Assembly (NCBI GenBank): GCA_963662465.1
Contig: OY759599.1
Coordinates: 7,296,001-7,360,000 of the forward strand
DNA from: Desulfatiglandales bacterium
Lineage (GTDB): Bacteria; Desulfobacterota; DSM-4660; Desulfatiglandales; Desulfatiglandaceae
DNA length: 64,000 nt
Reading direction: 5' to 3'
Part shown: positions 49,953 through 59,254 of the stretch, piece by piece
Numbering within the stretch: position 1 is the stretch's first letter
Layout of the letters: each line of letters begins with the position of its first letter
The notes under the pieces: model-generated
Told to the model about the DNA's origin: nothing
What the model saw: the letters and a program-made list of their open reading frames with translations, nothing else
Databases searched by the model: none
Translations under genes and position numbers: made by a program

Positions 49953-51452
49953 ATGATTAATCTTCGCCATAAAAACCATCACCCGTCTTTTGCCAAAGAC
50001 CTTATTTACTATTTGCCATCGAAAATTATTCCCGCACTTTTTGGTTTTTTACTGATCATTGTATTGACCCATAGTTTAGCGCCAAGCGGATATGGGCGAT
50101 ATGCATTTTTTTTGGCGTTGGTTAGACTGATGGATACATTGCTATTTTCATGGCTTCGACAGTCCATTCTTCGATATTTGCAAGAATACAATGCCAAAGG
50201 TCTGGGTGCTGAGTTCGAAAGGGATGTTTCCAGCCTTTTTTTGGTGGTCCTAGGAATTGAGGCCGTTGTTAGTTTAGCGATGATACCCGTGATGCGTATT
50301 TCTTTTGATGACGCTTTATTGATTATTGGGCTGTTTTTTCCTATTACAACTTTTGGATATTTATCGACTTTTTGCCAGGCGAAGCGGTTATCCGCTTTTT
50401 ACTCCGTGTCGAGTGTGATTCAGAGTGGGGTCCAAATGCTGTGGGTAATATGTTTTGTTTATATTGCTCGCAAAGGATACCAGTTTGCCCTTTTGGCCAT
50501 CGGGGTAGGATATCTTTCGGGGGTAATTTATTTGATTGTAAAGGGAGTTCGCCCGGGGAAATTTGCATTGCATTTTTTTTTCTCCAAGGTGAAAAGAGGC
50601 CTATACAAAGCACTTTTTGCCTATGGTCTTCCCATGGCGGGATGGCTTTTAGCATTTCAGCTCATTTTTCAGAGCAATCGAATCTTTTTAGAAAAATTTC
50701 GCTCTGCAACCGAGGTCGGTCTTTTTGCTTCTGCCTACGATCTGATAAATGGGTCGCTCAGCTTATTGATGACGCCATTTTTGTTGGCTACCCACCCAGT
50801 AGTGATGCAGCTATGGGCAAAAGACCGAGATAAAATTGGCATAGAGAGACTGCTTGAAAGAGTGTCGAGGTATCTTCTGCTTTTCTTTGTACCGGTTTTT
50901 TTCTTTATTTTGGTTTTCCAGGAGAAGACATTCGCAGTATTGGGCAAAGGGTATGGGGTTGTGGGGTGGGTTGTTCCCATTATGGTCTTAAGTTCCTTTA
51001 TTGCTCAGTTCTCAATGTATACTCACAAAGGTCTTGAAGTCATGGGGAGAACCAAAACGATGTTAACCGTAGGGGTTATGACCGTATTTTTTCATATTGT
51101 TTTGAGCTTTATTTTTGTGAAGGATTATGGCTATCCGGCGTGTGCAGTTATTTCCCTTGCTTCTTATTTATTCTATATTGTGATTATTTACGGGTTTTCA
51201 AAACGCTACATAAGGCTTCGAATTTCCTGCTCGTCATTATGTAAAATGTGTTTTACAGCGGGTATTTTATCGATTATGATGAAATATGGCGGCATATCCG
51301 GTTGGGCTTGCAAAGGAATATTGGAAACCTGCCTTGTGAGTGTGGTGTATGTGCTGATTTACGGGATGATTTTGCTTGTCATTGGCGAACTCTATGAAGA
51401 GAAGCGGAGTGTTGTAGCTTATTTTAAACGTTCGATTGTCAGAAAGGTTTAA
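49953..51452 (+). CDS. wzx: Polysaccharide flippase
   Basis: YLPSKIIPA, LAPSGYG, YGLP, NRIFL..VGLFASAY; 12-14 TM segments. Confidence 0.85.
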   Translation: MINLRHKNHHPSFAKDLIYYLPSKIIPALFGFLLIIVLTHSLAPSGYGRYAFFLALVRLMDTLLFSWLRQSILRYLQEYNAKGLGAEFERDVSSLFLVVLGIEAVVSLAMIPVMRISFDDALLIIGLFFPITTFGYLSTFCQAKRLSAFYSVSSVIQSGVQMLWVICFVYIARKGYQFALLAIGVGYLSGVIYLIVKGVRPGKFALHFFFSKVKRGLYKALFAYGLPMAGWLLAFQLIFQSNRIFLEKFRSATEVGLFASAYDLINGSLSLLMTPFLLATHPVVMQLWAKDRDKIGIERLLERVSRYLLLFFVPVFFFILVFQEKTFAVLGKGYGVVGWVVPIMVLSSFIAQFSMYTHKGLEVMGRTKTMLTVGVMTVFFHIVLSFIFVKDYGYPACAVISLASYLFYIVIIYGFSKRYIRLRISCSSLCKMCFTAGILSIMMKYGGISGWACKGILETCLVSVVYVLIYGMILLVIGELYEEKRSVVAYFKRSIVRKV

Positions 51453-51465
51453 AAAGTTTGCTATT

Positions 51466-52821
51466 ATGGATGTGGAATGGTTATTGAGCTTTGCGTCCTC
51501 GCTTTCTTTATTTTTTTTGGCGTGGTTTTTTCAGCGAATCTTTGGGAGTTGGCTTTCACCAAGTGCCTTTTTTGCAGGGTATTGGGCTGTTTGCTTGAGC
51601 GGCGCGTTGATTGTTGCACCTGAATTCGGTTTTTGGGTGCCGGCCGGTTGGGTTATTTTATGTTTCTGTACCGTTTTCGGCTTTGGCGAGGCATTGGTTT
51701 GTATGGTACTCAACCAAAAAAATGGGAAGTATTCAAAAATATCTACCGATGTTTATTGGATATTGCAGTGGGGAATGCCCATGTTGGTTATTTTGACGCT
51801 GGCAAGTTTTGCTTCATGTGTCATACTGATTATGGGGTCTTCCTATGCTTCAGAGGTATTTTCGCATCCCGGTAAACTCCTTGAGATCGGTCTTGAAAAC
51901 GCGAACAAACGGTATTTGTATCAGGAAACCAATCGGTTAGTTATTTTTGTTAATATGTTTATGTACTTGGGAGCGTTTACCGGGGGAGCCTGGGCTGCAA
52001 TGAAAAAGACATGGTGGGGCTTTTTTTTTGGCGGCGCTGTGTTGTTGCCCGGTTTGTTGCAGTCGCTACTGGTCAACGCGCGTACCGGAATGATGTGGCT
52101 TTTTATATTTTTTCTGGCTAGTTATTTGGCGGTCGCTGTTTTTAAAAATGAACATCGTATTTTTTTTACCCTGAAAAAGGGTTTTTTCAGTATTAGCATT
52201 GTCGTATTTTTTATCGCTTTGTTTTTTTCCCTCCAGTTAATTAGAGAAGGTGAGAACGCCTTTGAATCTGATGTTTCTCTAATAAAAACCAAAGTGTCCG
52301 TATGTTGTCCTCCGTACCTGTTTTCAAAGTGGTTACGCCAAAATTGGCATTCTGTTGAAGCTAGTTATGGGCTAAAAACATTTAATGGTTTTTTTTCACT
52401 GCTTGGCTTTCCTGATCCTCAAGCATTGGGATGGGAGGGGATAGAGATAGAAACGGCAGAAGGTGATTTTTCACCCAATGTGTATACGGCGTTTCGACAG
52501 CTCATTGAAGATTTTACGCTGCTCGGTTCATTTTTTTTCCTTTTTGCTTTGGGGGTTGCAACTGGAATTGCCTACCGAAGGGTGCTGATGGGCAAGTATT
52601 TCTGGTTTCCAATTCTTGCTTTATTTTACGCTGTAACTCTTGGAAGCTATTTATCAAACTGGCTTAATTATACATCCCTGTTGCTGGCCTGGGTGATGTT
52701 TTTTTGTGTAAATTGCTTTTTCTCCTTTTTGCCCTATTGTGTTACGCATGCCGAGGTTGAACCGAGGGTTGGTAAGGACCATAGTGTACTATGTACGAAT
52801 TGTAGTTGTGGGGGGGATTAA
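51466..52821 (+). CDS. wzy: O-antigen/oligosaccharide repeat-unit polymerase
   Basis: Polytopic membrane protein with NVYTAFRQLIEDF motif, located between wzx and GTs. Confidence 0.8.
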   Translation: MDVEWLLSFASSLSLFFLAWFFQRIFGSWLSPSAFFAGYWAVCLSGALIVAPEFGFWVPAGWVILCFCTVFGFGEALVCMVLNQKNGKYSKISTDVYWILQWGMPMLVILTLASFASCVILIMGSSYASEVFSHPGKLLEIGLENANKRYLYQETNRLVIFVNMFMYLGAFTGGAWAAMKKTWWGFFFGGAVLLPGLLQSLLVNARTGMMWLFIFFLASYLAVAVFKNEHRIFFTLKKGFFSISIVVFFIALFFSLQLIREGENAFESDVSLIKTKVSVCCPPYLFSKWLRQNWHSVEASYGLKTFNGFFSLLGFPDPQALGWEGIEIETAEGDFSPNVYTAFRQLIEDFTLLGSFFFLFALGVATGIAYRRVLMGKYFWFPILALFYAVTLGSYLSNWLNYTSLLLAWVMFFCVNCFFSFLPYCVTHAEVEPRVGKDHSVLCTNCSCGGD

Positions 52822-52822
52822 A

Positions 52823-53977
52823 ATGAGACGGTTACTTTTTTCAACAGGGTTCCCTCCTTTAGTGGGGGGGGTGCCGAGTTTTATGTATGCAAGATGCTTG
52901 GCGCATCCCGAGGGCCTGGATGTTATGGCAGCGGCATGCGAAGGCAGTGCTGCTTTTGACCAACGGCAGCCGTTTAATACCTTCCGGTTTCGCTATTTTT
53001 TTCACCCTGTTTATTCTTTCCTGGGACCGCTCAAGCGTATCTCACAACTTCTTCGTGCAATGAAGGCTTTGACTGTTCGTTTTCGGGCGCAGCAATATGA
53101 TGTTGTCGAGGTCGTGACGTTTTTTCCTGGAGTGTTAGCAGCGCTTTTATTTCGAAAAAGACGGAAATTTTCATTGGTTTGTTTTGCTCATGGTGACGAT
53201 GTGCTGAGGCCGCAACGGTTTTGGTATTCAAAAAAAGTTTTTGCATGGGGTCTCAGGACGGTTGATTTGTTTGTTGCAAATAGCAGATACACAAGGAATT
53301 TATTGATCCATGCCGGTGTTTCATCCAATAGGATTGTTATCATCCACCCGCCTTTGGATTTTGCGCGTTTCAGAAGACGCGGCAATCCTCTATCCATCAA
53401 AGCTGCCTTGCCACCGCATGATTTGATGCTTTTAACCATATGCAGGTTAACGCCGAAGAAGGGGATAGACCGGATTATTCAACTTATGCCCAGCCTCAAA
53501 AAGCGTTTTCCAAATTTGTTGTACGTAGTTGGAGGAGAGGGAGAGGATCTGCCCCGCCTGAAGATGCTGGCGGATGATTATGATGTAAAGGAAAGCGTCG
53601 TTTTTGTGGGTAAGATTTCGGAAGATAAAATTGTTGATACTTATGTTTGTGCAGATGTTTTTGTTATGCTGACGCGTCCGATTCCTCGTGGGGACGCCGT
53701 AGAGGGTTTCGGTATCGTTTTTCTTGAGGCGGGTTCTCAGCGTGTTTCGGTCGTTGGCCCCAATATAGGGGGTAGTGGTGATGCAATTATCGATGGTGAG
53801 ACTGGTTACCTGGTTAATCCAAATGATTTGAATGAAATCAAAAGCCGTCTTGTGGCTTTGTTGGGTAACCCTGCGCTTCGAAAAAGTATGGGTGAGGCTG
53901 GAAGGAAACGTGCTTTTGTTGAATCCAATTGGCAACCTTTATTAAGCAACTCTTTTTTGAAAAATCGGCGTCGATGA
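52823..53977 (+). CDS. Glycosyltransferase family 4
   Basis: FPPLVGGV, RLTPKKG and EGFGIVFLEA. Confidence 0.9.
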   Translation: MRRLLFSTGFPPLVGGVPSFMYARCLAHPEGLDVMAAACEGSAAFDQRQPFNTFRFRYFFHPVYSFLGPLKRISQLLRAMKALTVRFRAQQYDVVEVVTFFPGVLAALLFRKRRKFSLVCFAHGDDVLRPQRFWYSKKVFAWGLRTVDLFVANSRYTRNLLIHAGVSSNRIVIIHPPLDFARFRRRGNPLSIKAALPPHDLMLLTICRLTPKKGIDRIIQLMPSLKKRFPNLLYVVGGEGEDLPRLKMLADDYDVKESVVFVGKISEDKIVDTYVCADVFVMLTRPIPRGDAVEGFGIVFLEAGSQRVSVVGPNIGGSGDAIIDGETGYLVNPNDLNEIKSRLVALLGNPALRKSMGEAGRKRAFVESNWQPLLSNSFLKNRRR

Positions 53978-54065
53978 TTTTTCATGATTGATTTTGACGA
54001 CAAAGGTTCCGAAACCCAACATTCACAACGATAAAAACGGGGTTATTGTACGCTATGGTTCACTT

Positions 54066-55286
54066 ATGAATATTCTATATATCCATCAGTATTTCTGTAC
54101 GCCGGCAGCGGGGGGCGGCGTTAGAAGTTATGAATTTGCTAAGCGATGGGTTAAATTAGGCCATCATGTTAGCGTCATAACGAGTATTGGTTACGATGAA
54201 TCTTTGAAACCGCATAAAACAGTAACCATTGATGGGATTCGTGTAACGACCATTGGGGGTAAGTATTCTCCGTACATGGGTTTTGTAAGGAGAATCGTGT
54301 CGTTTTGTTTCTTTGCCCTTCATTCTTGTGGAATTGCGGCAAAAGCAAGACATTATGATGTCGTTTTGGCGACGAGTACTCCCCTGACGGTAGCATTTCC
54401 GGCGATTATCGCAAGAATTTTTGCAAAAAGAACCACAGTGTTTGAGGTTCGTGATGTTTGGCCTGATGCAGCTATCGAGGCAGGCGTGTTGAAAAATCAT
54501 CTGATCATTTTATTAGCGAGGTTACTTGAAAAATTGGCTTATCGCTACTGCGATCATATTGTGCCGCTCTCAACGGGAATGTTGAATAGGATTAAGAATA
54601 AAGGGATTCCCGCAAACAAAATGACGGTTCTCTCGAATTGTTCTGATATGGATAGATTTGATCCGGAAAAATATGACAGATGTACTTTAAGAAGAAATTT
54701 TGGCGTCGCCGATCACTTTGTATTACTGTATTTGGGCGCTATTGGTCTTACAAACGATATGCCGTTTCTTGCAAAGGCAATGGAGGCTTTGAAAGGCGAC
54801 GATCGTATTGTTTGGTGGTTTGTGGGTGATGGCAATCGTCTTGATTATTTAATTGAAAAGGTGCGGTGTTTAGCGGTTCCCAATGTTCATTTTTTTGGAA
54901 AAGTAGCTAAATCAGAGGTGACAAAATATGTGAGTGCGTCAGATATTGGAATTGTTTCTTTTATAAATAAGCCGGTTTACTACGAAAATTCTCCGAACAA
55001 ATTTTTTGACTATTGTGCCGGAGGTTTGCCGTCCATTTTTACACGAACTACTTGGCTATCCCCCTATCTTTCCCATTATGGTGCTGGTTTTGTTTGTGAA
55101 AATAATGATATCGAAGAACTGTGTAAATTTATCCGCATGTTGCGGAACGACCCAGGCTTGTGTAAAAAAATGGGGAGCAATGCAAGAAAACTGGCACACA
55201 AGGAGTTTTCCCGAGATGTCATTTCAAATCGGTATCTTTCTTTGCTCAAAGGATTGAGTTCAGAAAAAAAAAGATCATCCGATTAA
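54066..55286 (+). CDS. Glycosyltransferase family 4 (WbuB-like)
   Basis: ILYIHQYF, TSTPL, FEVRDVWP and SPNKFFDY. Confidence 0.9.
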   Translation: MNILYIHQYFCTPAAGGGVRSYEFAKRWVKLGHHVSVITSIGYDESLKPHKTVTIDGIRVTTIGGKYSPYMGFVRRIVSFCFFALHSCGIAAKARHYDVVLATSTPLTVAFPAIIARIFAKRTTVFEVRDVWPDAAIEAGVLKNHLIILLARLLEKLAYRYCDHIVPLSTGMLNRIKNKGIPANKMTVLSNCSDMDRFDPEKYDRCTLRRNFGVADHFVLLYLGAIGLTNDMPFLAKAMEALKGDDRIVWWFVGDGNRLDYLIEKVRCLAVPNVHFFGKVAKSEVTKYVSASDIGIVSFINKPVYYENSPNKFFDYCAGGLPSIFTRTTWLSPYLSHYGAGFVCENNDIEELCKFIRMLRNDPGLCKKMGSNARKLAHKEFSRDVISNRYLSLLKGLSSEKKRSSD

Positions 55287-55421
55287 CCGGCGTTTTACCT
55301 GCTGAAGGGGCTTTATATTGTGTTTGAAATTTCCTAGTGGTACATGAATGCCAAAAAGAATCAAAAAGCTGATCTTTTATAGAATCTCAAAAATTTCTAC
55401 GGACGGCCTTAAATTTTTCCT

Positions 55422-56015
55422 ATGAAACGTTTCTTTGATATTCTTTTAGCATTTGCGGCTTCCGTTGTATTATTGCCTCTCATTGTTTGTACGTATCTGA
55501 CCATACTTCTTACCATGGGCCAGCCTGTTTTTTTCCGTCAGACCAGACCTGGATTGCAAGGCAAGCTCTTTTCTTTAATCAAGTTTCGAACGATGTCCAA
55601 CGCACGTGATCAGAACGGTGAAGTTCTTCTTGATGAGCAGCGCTTAAATGGATTGGGACGTGTACTCAGAGCCATATCTATAGATGAATTGCCCGAGCTT
55701 ATAAATGTGTTTAAAGGTGACATGAGCATTGTAGGCCCAAGGCCGTTGTTGACGCAATACCTGGACCGGTATACACAGGAGCAGGCCCGCCGGCATGAAG
55801 TAAAGCCTGGACTGACGGGGTGGGCGCAGGTGAACGGTAGGAACTCTCTTAGCTGGGACGATAAATTTAAGCTAGATGTTTGGTATGTGGATAACTGGTC
55901 GTTCCGATTGGATTTGAGGATTATCGGGATGACCCTTCGGATCGCACTGAGGCGGGAAGGGATCAGCGCTGAAGGGGAAGCGACGATGTCCGAGTTTATG
56001 GGCTCTCAAGGATAG
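55422..56015 (+). CDS. Undecaprenyl-phosphate sugar phosphotransferase (PglC-like)
   Basis: KRFFD, KFRTM, SIDELP, GDMSIVGPRP and PGLTGWAQVNGRN. Confidence 0.93.
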   Translation: MKRFFDILLAFAASVVLLPLIVCTYLTILLTMGQPVFFRQTRPGLQGKLFSLIKFRTMSNARDQNGEVLLDEQRLNGLGRVLRAISIDELPELINVFKGDMSIVGPRPLLTQYLDRYTQEQARRHEVKPGLTGWAQVNGRNSLSWDDKFKLDVWYVDNWSFRLDLRIIGMTLRIALRREGISAEGEATMSEFMGSQG

Positions 56016-56071
56016 GCACTCCTGAGTTGTGAACAGACTGTTATCTCGGCGTTTTTGTGTGAGGTTGAACA

Positions 56072-56461
56072 ATGGTTGAGAGATTTGACGGCTGGAAATT
56101 TCCTGAGATTGAAGAGGGGAAGCCAACAAAATACAATTGGGTCGTCCAACATAAAAGCAATTTGAGGCTTGGATGCAAAACAGATATCGGGGCGTTTACG
56201 TACATCAACGCAAAGTTTGGGGTGACCATCGAAGATGAGGTGCAGATCGGTTCGCACTGCTCAATCTATTCGGTCTCAACGATTGATGATAAGGTTGGGG
56301 AAGTGGTGCTGAAAAAAAAATGCAGGGTTGGAACCCATAGCACGGTTATGCCGGGTGTGACGGTGGGAGAGAATGCTGTGGTTGGGGCGCATAGTTTTGT
56401 GAATAGAGATGTACCGGATGGGGCGACGGTGGTGGGGGTACCGGCGAAACGAATTAGATGA
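56072..56461 (+). CDS. Hexapeptide-repeat acetyltransferase
   Basis: PGVTVGENAVVGAHSFVNRDVP..GVPAK. Confidence 0.85.
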   Translation: MVERFDGWKFPEIEEGKPTKYNWVVQHKSNLRLGCKTDIGAFTYINAKFGVTIEDEVQIGSHCSIYSVSTIDDKVGEVVLKKKCRVGTHSTVMPGVTVGENAVVGAHSFVNRDVPDGATVVGVPAKRIR

Positions 56462-56801
56462 CACCTGAATACATATTTTATGATATGTACCGTTCGTAAA
56501 TCTTTAAGATTTTTAGGACGTTGAAGGTTTTCTAATACCGGAAAACTTTTGTTCAGGTACTTATGCCTCCCTTTGCCCAGGTTGTCTGCGAAAATGGCGC
56601 CCACTTTGTGGTCGAGATCAATAAATTTCAAGTTCAGGTCTCTAAACCGGCGGCGCTGGAGTAGAAAAGGGATTTGCCGGATATGACCACTGTCTACTTG
56701 CAATTGCTCCCCCATGTGACGAATCTATCCGAAAAATAATTTTCGGTTCATTTCCTTTTCAAAATCGATGTATTATATTGATCCAAAGGAGGAATTTAAC
56801 C

Positions 56802-57619
56802 ATGTGGAAAAGATTCGAAGGACTCATTCAGGCTGAGTATAAATTTTTTGAAACTTTTTTTCCGTCTCAGCAAACCGGACGGGGCAGACTGTACGCTGAA
56901 TTTATCAAAGTACTGAATACGATCATCTGGATTTTACTTAACGGAGCCAAATGGATTAATGTTCCAAAAGGCGGCGAGGAGTGGGCTCCCAAATCCACAG
57001 CTTATGACTGGCTCGGTAAATGGCAGGCTGACGGAACTTGGGAAAAGATACTATTCCACATAGTCGCTATTGCCGAATCAGCCGGGTTGATCAACTGGGA
57101 ACGTGCTTCCGTAGACGGTGCTTTTGTGGCGGGTAAGGGAGGGGAGGCGGTGAAGATGTGCAACACGGTTTCAAAGGCAAGGGACTTACCCTCCACTGTC
57201 TTATTGACGGAAATGGTATGCCGTTTGGTCTGAAATCAACCGGTGCTGCGGCAGGTGAACGGAAACAGGTCGGAATACTGCTGGATTACGCAAATGTCCG
57301 GACAGGTAAGGTCGGAAGACCCAGAAAACGGCCCGGTGAATTGCAAGCAGATAAGGGATATGATTCCCGTACTCTGAGAAACGCCATCCGCAAGCGGGGA
57401 ATCAGACCGATGATATCCCGCCGATCGTGGCTGGACAGGAAAGCTCCCAAAGGGAGACCGCCTAACGAACCGATTGACAGATGGAAAGTGGAGCGTACCT
57501 TTGCATGGTTGCAGAAGAAGTGTCGTCGCCTGGTTGTGCGTTGGGAGCGAAAAAATCAGTATTGGCTCGGCTTTGTTCTCGTCGCTTTATGTATGATGTG
57601 GATAGAAAAAATTTTGTAA
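56802..57619 (+). CDS. IS5-family transposase in two overlapping frames (-1 shift near 57135-57155)
   Basis: ORF1 LLNGAKW..W..DGTW..SVDG; ORF2 GFKGKG..DGNGMP..ADKGYDS..RWKVERTFAW. Programmed frameshift versus mutation cannot be resolved. Confidence 0.8.
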
Positions 57620-57628
57620 TAAATTCAG

Positions 57629-57874
57629 TCATGCCTATCCGGTTGACTTAGGGAACCACTATAGGTAGTAGTCCGTCCTTGTCGCGTTTTCCTGTTTTTG
57701 AGCGCGTATCTGCGGATGATTTCCGGTGTGGACCCATGCACCTGCTTCAAATTACTGACTATGAAGTGGACCATCGGAAGATACGCGGCGGTTTTTTCTC
57801 TTCGATGTGTGGAAAACTCGGGTATCACTCTACACTACCCACAGTGCCTTCTTGAGTCAACCGGATAGGCATGA
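57629..57874. mobile_element. ~246-bp MITE nested in the IS5 right end
   Basis: 20-bp perfect IR TCATGCCTATCCGGTTGACT / AGTCAACCGGATAGGCATGA; AATTCAG duplicated on both sides; non-coding. Confidence 0.88.
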
Positions 57875-57906
57875 AATTCAGAATGTACGATTTTTCGGAT
57901 AGATTC

Positions 57907-59187
57907 ATGAAAAACAAAAGACTGTTTCTTTCGCCGCCTCACATGGGTGGGGAGGAACTTATATTCATCAAAGAAGCGTTTGAAAGCAATTACATTGCGC
58001 CTCTGGGGCCCATGGTCAATGCTTTTGAAAAAGAGTTTTCAGAATTTGTCGGCATCAAGCATTGTGCGGCGGTCTCCAGTGGGACCGCCGCAATGCATTT
58101 GGGGCTCAGGCATTTGGGGGTGGGGCCAGGGGATGAGGTGCTGGCTTCAACCCTGACCTTTATCGGGAGTGTGACGCCGGTGGTGTTTGAGGGGGCGACT
58201 CCGGTGTTTATTGATTGCGACCGGGAAAGCTGGAATATGAATGTGGGGTTGCTGGAGGCGGAACTGGAAAGGTGTGCGGCAAATGGGAAACTGCCTAAAG
58301 CGGTTATTCCGACGGATCTGTATGGGCAGTGTTGTGAGCTGGGGAGGATAGTGGAAATTTGCGATCGGTATGGGGTGCCGGTGGTTTGTGATTCCGCAGA
58401 GTCTCTAGGAGGACGATATCTCGCGCAAAGACGCAAAGACGCAAAGAACAGAAGACGGAAGACAGAGGACGGAGAACAGAGGACTGAAGACAGAGGACGG
58501 AGGTCCGGGGAGGTCTGGGGCCATGCTGGCGCGGGCGCACGTGCTGCGGTGTTTTCGTTTAACGGGAATAAGATTATGACCACGTCGGGTGGGGGGATGC
58601 TGGCTTCGGATGATGAGGATTTGATTTTACATGCTAAGAAGCTTGCCCAGCAGGCGAGAGAGGATTTTCCGCATTATGAGCATGTGGAGATTGGGTTTAA
58701 TTACCGGATGAGCAATGTGCTGGCGGCGATCGGGCGGGGGCAGCTTAGGGTGATTGAGGAGCGGGTTCGGAGGAAAAGGGAGATATTTGATTATTATAAG
58801 GCGGCTTTGGGGGATTTGCCGGGGATTGAATTCATGTCGGAACCGGAGTGGTCGCGAGCCAATCGGTGGTTGACGGTGGTGCTGATTACGCCGGAAGCGT
58901 TTGGGGTGGATCGGGAACAGGTGCGGTTGGCGCTGGAGGGGGAGAATATTGAGGCGAGGCCGGTGTGGAAGCCGATGCATATGCAGCCGGTGTTCGACTG
59001 CGGAGGCCAGAGATCAGAGGTCAGAGGTCAGCAGGGAAAACAGCGATATCACTCTAGGGTAGTGGGTGGGCAGGTGGCGGAGGATTTGTTTGACAGGGGA
59101 TTGTGTTTGACTTCAGGGACGTCTATGGGGAATGAGGACTTGGATAAAGTGATTGAAACGATTTTGAATTCTCGCGCAAAGGTCTAG
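57907..59187 (+). CDS. DegT-family aminotransferase (PglE-like) with in-frame repeat insertions
   Basis: LSPPHMG, SSGTAAMHL, DSAESLG, SFNGNKIMTTSGGG and RPVWKPMH. Confidence 0.93.
   Translation: MKNKRLFLSPPHMGGEELIFIKEAFESNYIAPLGPMVNAFEKEFSEFVGIKHCAAVSSGTAAMHLGLRHLGVGPGDEVLASTLTFIGSVTPVVFEGATPVFIDCDRESWNMNVGLLEAELERCAANGKLPKAVIPTDLYGQCCELGRIVEICDRYGVPVVCDSAESLGGRYLAQRRKDAKNRRRKTEDGEQRTEDRGRRSGEVWGHAGAGARAAVFSFNGNKIMTTSGGGMLASDDEDLILHAKKLAQQAREDFPHYEHVEIGFNYRMSNVLAAIGRGQLRVIEERVRRKREIFDYYKAALGDLPGIEFMSEPEWSRANRWLTVVLITPEAFGVDREQVRLALEGENIEARPVWKPMHMQPVFDCGGQRSEVRGQQGKQRYHSRVVGGQVAEDLFDRGLCLTSGTSMGNEDLDKVIETILNSRAKV
58424..58504 (+). repeat. In-frame coding repeats: (CGCAAAGA)x3 plus eight CAGAGGA-like heptamers
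   Basis: Encodes QRRKDAKNRRRKTEDGEQRTEDRGR; similar heptamers at 59001-59031 and 60987-61035. Confidence 0.85.
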
Positions 59188-59254
59188 GAGTGAATAAAAA
59201 TGAGACAGGGAAGATTTCGAAATTGAATATGCAACCAGGGTTTGAACAGGGAAG

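Larger units (their letters stand above)
56720..57907 (+). mobile_element. IS5-family insertion sequence containing a nested MITE
   Basis: IRs GAATCTATCCGAAAAAT / ATTTTTCGGATAGATTC; TGA on both flanks. Confidence 0.85.
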
